NCBI RefSeq assembly: GCF_013004595.1 | Contig: NZ_JABEMC010000012.1 | Coordinates: 1 to 53,687 of the forward strand | Length of the DNA: 53,687 nucleotides | Direction of reading: 5' to 3' | Origin: Brevibacterium luteolum | Lineage (GTDB): Bacteria > Actinomycetota > Actinomycetes > Actinomycetales > Brevibacteriaceae | Shown here: in pieces, positions 47,639 through 53,687 of the stretch | Layout: every line of letters starts with the position of its first letter | How positions within the stretch are numbered: position 1 is the stretch's first letter | Notes under the pieces: model-generated | What the model was told of the DNA's origin: nothing | Databases searched by the model: none | What the model saw: only the letters and a program-made list of their open reading frames with translations | Made by a program: the position numbers and the translations under genes

Positions 47639-48988
47639 ATGAGTGATCTCACACCGGCTTCCCCGCGGGGTTCTGCCCCGTTCCGCCCGTCGACAGCACT
47701 GCTGACCGACCATTATGAACTCACAATGCTGCAGGCCACCCTCGATTCGGGCCGCGCTGAGCGCCGCAGCATCTTCGAGGCCTTCGGACGCCGCCTGCCG
47801 GCCGGGCGCCGCTACGGGATCGTCGCCGGCACCGGCCGGATCCTGGAGATGCTCGCCGACTTCACGTTCACGTCCGAGGAGCTGACGTTCCTCGAATCGA
47901 CGAAGGTCGTCGACTCGACGACGCTGGACTGGCTGGCTGACTTCCGGTTCTCCGGCGACATCCGCGGGTATGCCGAGGGCGAGGTGTACTTCCCCGGTTC
48001 GCCGCTGTTGAGCGTGGAGGCGACCTTCGCCGAGGCGGTGGTGCTGGAGACGATGATCCTCTCGGCTCTCAACTACGATTCGGCAGTCGCCTCGGCGGCC
48101 TCCCGGATGAGCCGGGTCGCCGGCTCCCGGCCGTGTGTCGACATGGGCTCACGGCGCACACACGAGCAGTCGGCCGTCGCCGCTGCCCGGGCGACCGTGG
48201 TCGCAGGCTTCACCTCGACGTCGAACCTGGAGGCCGGGCGCCGCTACGGGCTGACCACCGTCGGCACCGCTGCGCACTCCTTCACCCTCATCCACGACTC
48301 CGAACGCGAGGCCTTCGAAGCCCAGGTGCGGTCGCTGGGCTCGGACACGATCCTGCTGCTCGACACCTATGACGTCGACGAGGCGCTCAAGACCGCGATC
48401 GCCGTCGCCGGCACCGAGCTCGGCGGAGTCCGGCTCGATTCCGGTGACCTGGGCATCCAGGCCGCCGAGGTGCGCGAGAAGCTCGACGCGCTCGGCGCGA
48501 TCAACACCCGCATCACCGTGACGAGCGATCTTGATGAGTATGCGATCGCCGGCCTGGCAGCCGCCCCGGTCGACGCGTACGGCGTCGGCACCCGGGTCGT
48601 CACCGGTTCGGGTGCCCCGACGGCGAGCCTGGTGTACAAGCTCGTCGCCCACAGCGATGACGCCGGTGAGTGGGTGTCGGTGCAGAAGAAGGCAACCGGC
48701 AAGTCCTCGACCGGTGGCATGAAGGAGGCTGCCCGCATCATCGACGGCACGATCGCCGTCGAGGAGGCCATCGGCATCCCGCGCCTGGAGTTGCCCGATG
48801 ATCTTCAGGCCCGCCCGCTACAGGTGCCGCTGGTCACCGATGGAGAGATCGATCATTCCTACACCGGTCCCGAGGGGGTGCAGCGTGCCCGTCAGCGTCA
48901 CGCGGCCTCGATGGCTGAGCTGCCGCGCACGGCACACCGCCTGCAAGCCGGTGAACCGGCGATCCCGACGGTCTTCTACAGCGCCTGA
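47639..48988 (+). CDS. pncB: Nicotinate phosphoribosyltransferase
   Basis: LLTDHYELTM, MGSRR, GTAAHS, DTYD, VRLDSGD. Confidence 0.97.
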   Translation: MSDLTPASPRGSAPFRPSTALLTDHYELTMLQATLDSGRAERRSIFEAFGRRLPAGRRYGIVAGTGRILEMLADFTFTSEELTFLESTKVVDSTTLDWLADFRFSGDIRGYAEGEVYFPGSPLLSVEATFAEAVVLETMILSALNYDSAVASAASRMSRVAGSRPCVDMGSRRTHEQSAVAAARATVVAGFTSTSNLEAGRRYGLTTVGTAAHSFTLIHDSEREAFEAQVRSLGSDTILLLDTYDVDEALKTAIAVAGTELGGVRLDSGDLGIQAAEVREKLDALGAINTRITVTSDLDEYAIAGLAAAPVDAYGVGTRVVTGSGAPTASLVYKLVAHSDDAGEWVSVQKKATGKSSTGGMKEAARIIDGTIAVEEAIGIPRLELPDDLQARPLQVPLVTDGEIDHSYTGPEGVQRARQRHAASMAELPRTAHRLQAGEPAIPTVFYSA

Positions 48989-48995
48989 GGCGGGT

Positions 48996-50795
48996 TCACC
49001 GGCGGCCGACGAACCATGCCTGCAGCTTGGTGATGCGGGCCTGGATCTCCTTGCGGCTCGCCTCAGCGACCGGCGGCCCTCCGCAGGCTTTGCGCAGGTC
49101 GACGTGGATGGCGGCATGAGGTTTGCCTGTGCGCCTGGCCCACGCGCCGACCATTGTCTGCAGCTTGCTGCGCTCTTCCTTCAGCAGCCGGTGATCATGT
49201 TCGGCCAGCTCCGCGGTCGGCACCGCCGTCTGGTTCCTCGCGCCTGAGCGGGCACGGCGCTTCGTCTGCTCGGCCTGGCGGGTGCGCAGCAGCTCGGTGA
49301 CCTGTTCGGGTTCGAGCAGGCCGGGGATGCCGATGAAGTCGAGCTCGTCCTCAGAGCCGATCATGCCGCCGGAGCCGAACTCACCGCCGTCGAAGAGCAC
49401 CCGGTCGAACGAGGCCTGCGAGTCAAGGGCTTCATAGGAGCCGAGCAGATCATCGGAGGCTGATTCGCTGGCATTGGCCTCGACGAGTGCCTCATCGTCG
49501 AAGACGACCTCGTTCTCGGCGTCCGGGTCCGGCCGGCGGTCGAGTGCGTGGTCGCGCTGGAGCTCGAGCTGATTGGCCAAAGCCAGCAGGATCGGCACCG
49601 AGGGCAGGAAGATCGAGGCGGTCTCACCGCGGCGGCGGGCCCGCACGAAGCGGCCGATCGCCTGGGCGAAGAACAGCGGCGTCGACGACGAGGTCGCATA
49701 CACGCCTACGGCCAGGCGCGGGACATCGACGCCTTCAGAGACCATGCGCACGGCGACCATCCACCGGCGTTCGGAGTTCTGGAACTCCTCGATCCGCTTC
49801 GAAGCGCCCTCTTCATCGGAGAGGACGACGGTGACCGGTTCGCCGCAGATCTCGCGCAGCTGCTTGGCATAGGCGCGGGCGACCTCCTGGTCGGTGGCGA
49901 TGACGAGCCCGCCGGCGTCGGGGACGCTCCGGCGGACCTCGGACAGCCGCAGATCGGCGGCCTTGAGCACGGCAGGAACCCACTCGCCCTTCGGGTTGAG
50001 CGCGGTGCGCCAGGCCTGGGCGTGGATGTCCTTCGTCGCCTCAGCGCCAAGCACGGCAGACATCTCATCGCCGGCCTTGGTGCGCCAGCGCATCTCACCG
50101 GAGTAGGTCATGAACAGGACCGGACGCACGACGCCGTCCTTGAGCGCCTGGGCATACCCGTAAGTGTAGTCGGCCTTGGAGGTGCGGATGCCCTCCTCGT
50201 CTGGGACGTATTCGACGAACGGGATCGCAGCGGTATCGGACCTGAACGGCGTGCCGGTCAGGGCGAGCCTGCGCCGGGCCGGGCCGAACGCCTCGCGCAC
50301 GGCATCGCCCCAGGACAGGGCGTCACCGGCGTGGTGGATCTCATCGAGGATGACGAGCGTCCGGGCAGCCGCCGTGCGGTTGTGGTGCAGCACCGGTTTC
50401 GCCGCGACCTGCGCGTAGGTGACGGCCACGCCGTGGAATTCCTTGCCGTGGCGGCCCTGGGAGTTCTTGAAATTCGGGTCGATGCGGATGCCGACACGCG
50501 AGGCGGCGTCGGCCCACTGGGTCTTGAGGTGCTCGGTGGGGGCGACGACGGTGATCCGGTCGACTTTGCGCTGGGCGAGCAGCTCGGCGGCCAGTCGGAG
50601 GGCGAAGGTCGTCTTTCCGGCTCCCGGGGTCGCGACGGTGAGGAAGTCGCGCGGCTCTGTATCGAAGTAGCGTTCCAGGGCTTCGGCCTGCCAGGCACGC
50701 AGTTTGCCCGCCGTTCCCCACGCGGCACGTTCGGGAAAGGCTGGTGAGAGGTGTTCTGCTGCTGAAGTTCCTGGGATCCGTGTCGGACCCGACAT
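48996..50795 (-). CDS. Conserved actinobacterial DEAD/DEAH-box (SF2) helicase
   Basis: LRAWQ, PGAGKT, DEIHH, LTGTPFR, SEGVDVP, QAIGRFVR. Confidence 0.93.
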   Translation of the reverse strand: MSGPTRIPGTSAAEHLSPAFPERAAWGTAGKLRAWQAEALERYFDTEPRDFLTVATPGAGKTTFALRLAAELLAQRKVDRITVVAPTEHLKTQWADAASRVGIRIDPNFKNSQGRHGKEFHGVAVTYAQVAAKPVLHHNRTAAARTLVILDEIHHAGDALSWGDAVREAFGPARRRLALTGTPFRSDTAAIPFVEYVPDEEGIRTSKADYTYGYAQALKDGVVRPVLFMTYSGEMRWRTKAGDEMSAVLGAEATKDIHAQAWRTALNPKGEWVPAVLKAADLRLSEVRRSVPDAGGLVIATDQEVARAYAKQLREICGEPVTVVLSDEEGASKRIEEFQNSERRWMVAVRMVSEGVDVPRLAVGVYATSSSTPLFFAQAIGRFVRARRRGETASIFLPSVPILLALANQLELQRDHALDRRPDPDAENEVVFDDEALVEANASESASDDLLGSYEALDSQASFDRVLFDGGEFGSGGMIGSEDELDFIGIPGLLEPEQVTELLRTRQAEQTKRRARSGARNQTAVPTAELAEHDHRLLKEERSKLQTMVGAWARRTGKPHAAIHVDLRKACGGPPVAEASRKEIQARITKLQAWFVGRR

Positions 50796-51056
50796 TTACT
50801 CCTGCGGTCCTTCAGGCATCGATTCGTAGATCTCCTTGCACTTCGGGCAGACCGGGAAGCGCTCAGGATCGCGGGTAGGGATCCACACTTTTCCGCACAG
50901 CGCGATGAGCGGAGTGCCGGTGACCATGGATTCCATGATCTTGGCCTTCGGCGCGTAGTGCGAGAACCGCTCGTGATCGCCGGGCTCAGCAAGCTGGTCC
51001 TGTGTCTGGCGCTCGATCGTGGCGGCGCCACCTGTTGCGGGCATCGTGTCGGACAT
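50796..51056 (-). CDS. DUF3039 zinc-ribbon-like protein
   Basis: GDHERFSHY, ALCGKVW, CPKCKEIY. Confidence 0.92.
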   Translation of the reverse strand: MSDTMPATGGAATIERQTQDQLAEPGDHERFSHYAPKAKIMESMVTGTPLIALCGKVWIPTRDPERFPVCPKCKEIYESMPEGPQE

Positions 51057-51097
51057 AGCCACCATTCTAGCGCTGGTCGCTGACTAGACTAATCGGC

Positions 51098-51640
51098 ATG
51101 GCCGACAGTGACGCACCCCTCTCGTTCTTCCCCGCGCCCGAGGCGCCGGCTGACGAGGACCTCATCCGCACCTACCGGCAGGTCGCCGGGCAGATGGTCC
51201 GACCGGTGGCGGTGGTGGCGTGTCTGCGGGGCCGGCAGCCGCATGCGGTCACCGTCGATTCGTTCCTCGATGTCTCCTATGATCCGCCGACGATGGCGGT
51301 GAGCATCTACTCGGGTTCCCGGATGATGGAGTCCCTGGAGATCGCTGAGGCGATGACGATCAGCGTGCTGGCAGCTGAGCAGAAGAACATCGCCCAGTGG
51401 CTCGGTGAGCCCGGTCAGCCGCTGTATGGGGTGCTCGATACGGTGCCGACGCATGCGGCTCCTTCCGGTGTGCCCTACATCGCCGGTGCTGCTGCGGTGT
51501 TCGACTGCCGGATCACCAACCGTCTGGAGATTGCCACGCACACGCTCGTCGTCGGCGAGGTGCGCAGCTGTGCTGAGACGGTCGGCGTGCGGCCGCTGGC
51601 GCGCTGGCAGGACGACTACGGGACCGTCACCGGGCGCTGA
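51098..51640 (+). CDS. Flavin reductase family protein
   Basis: SFLDVSYDPP, ISVL, DC, ATHTLVVGEV, PL. Confidence 0.88.
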   Translation: MADSDAPLSFFPAPEAPADEDLIRTYRQVAGQMVRPVAVVACLRGRQPHAVTVDSFLDVSYDPPTMAVSIYSGSRMMESLEIAEAMTISVLAAEQKNIAQWLGEPGQPLYGVLDTVPTHAAPSGVPYIAGAAAVFDCRITNRLEIATHTLVVGEVRSCAETVGVRPLARWQDDYGTVTGR

Positions 51641-51648
51641 GATGTACA

Positions 51649-51680
51649 AAGCGCCGGTGCCTCTCAGGGCACCGGCGCTT
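51649..51680. terminator. Bidirectional terminator between flavin reductase and gdhA
   Basis: AAGCGCCGGTGCC-tctcag-GGCACCGGCGCTT. Confidence 0.8.
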
Positions 51681-51694
51681 CGCGCTGCGCAGCA

Positions 51695-53158
<1,464 letters not shown>

Positions 53159-53492
53159 CTATTTGACGAGCAGTCAGAGCGGCAAACGAAGCGAATGCGG
53201 TGCGGAAAAACGTTCCGAATTCCGGGCACAGTCTGCATAGACCCTCATGGCCATGAGAAATCATGCACTCGATGAGCGGCGCCCCCAGCGTGCAGGAAGC
53301 CGGCAGCAGGGCGTGTGAGCAGCACCGGCAGCTGGGTCAGCAGGAGCTCATGGAGCAGGCTCACCAGAGCGCTGCTGGTCACCCGCGGCAGGGACAGAAG
53401 AAATCATGCCTCTGACTGTCAGACAGTCAGAGACACTGGATCTTCTTACGCGGCGTCGGTTCAGTCTCGGCGGCCGACGGATCCGAGATGAA

Positions 53493-53535
53493 TAAGCGCG
53501 AGCCCGGGGAGCAGTGCTCAACCCGGGCTCGACTT
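53493..53535 (-). terminator. Hairpin downstream of the 5S rRNA
   Basis: CGAGCCCGGG...CCCGGGCTCG stem with A/T-rich flanks. Confidence 0.65.
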
Positions 53536-53548
53536 TCTTTATGCGAAA

Positions 53549-53666
53549 TTGCGGCGGTGACTTACTCTCCCACACCCTGTCGAGTGCAGTACCATCAGCG
53601 CTGGCAGGCTTAGCTTCCGGGTTCGGAATGGGGCCGGGCGTTTCCCTGCCGCTATAGCCGCCGCAA
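53549..53666 (-). rRNA. rrf: 5S ribosomal RNA
   Basis: Minus strand TTGCGGCGGCTATAGCGGCAGGGAAACGCCCGGCCCCATTCCGAACCCGGAAGCTAAG...GCTGATGGTACTGCAC...GTGGGAGAGTAAGTCACCGCCGCAA. Confidence 0.97.
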
Positions 53667-53687
53667 AACCATGTGTGTTGCTGGTTT

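Noticed and set aside
53348..53575. 75-aa ORF near the right edge
   Set aside because: It overlaps the 5S rRNA and its terminator and has no coding signature.

Overview
High-GC actinobacterial chromosome segment (Micrococcales; gene order suggests Brevibacterium-like, by inference). Most of it is conserved core: ndh-type oxidoreductase with a Rex operator, S8 protease, ppx, DUF501, ftsB, eno, mazG, mfd, pth, rplY, prs, glmU, tRNA-Gln, pcrA, purHN, two ABC systems, amidase, rdgB, rph, clpS, pncB, helicase, gdhA and a 5S rRNA at the right edge. There are two accessory parts. First, just downstream of tRNA-Leu(UAA) at the left edge are three nested insertion sequences: an IS3 cut at its HHSDRGSQ motif by an IS30, which is itself cut by an IS3/IS481-type element. 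Second, a ~5 kb lower-GC islet between a rhomboid gene and pth encodes LysR, a DUF3100 plus small membrane protein pair, a beta-hydroxyacid dehydrogenase and an aldehyde dehydrogenase, with a candidate LysR operator and promoter. That islet is the best candidate for an uncharacterised system (uptake and oxidation of an unknown substrate). Other leads are a structured rplY 5' leader, a G-run/hairpin region between eno and ftsB, a recurrent CCGAGG(C/T)GGTGG motif, and murI missing from its usual place. No CRISPR array, prophage or clear defence system was seen. Family assignments come from motif recognition, not database searches.
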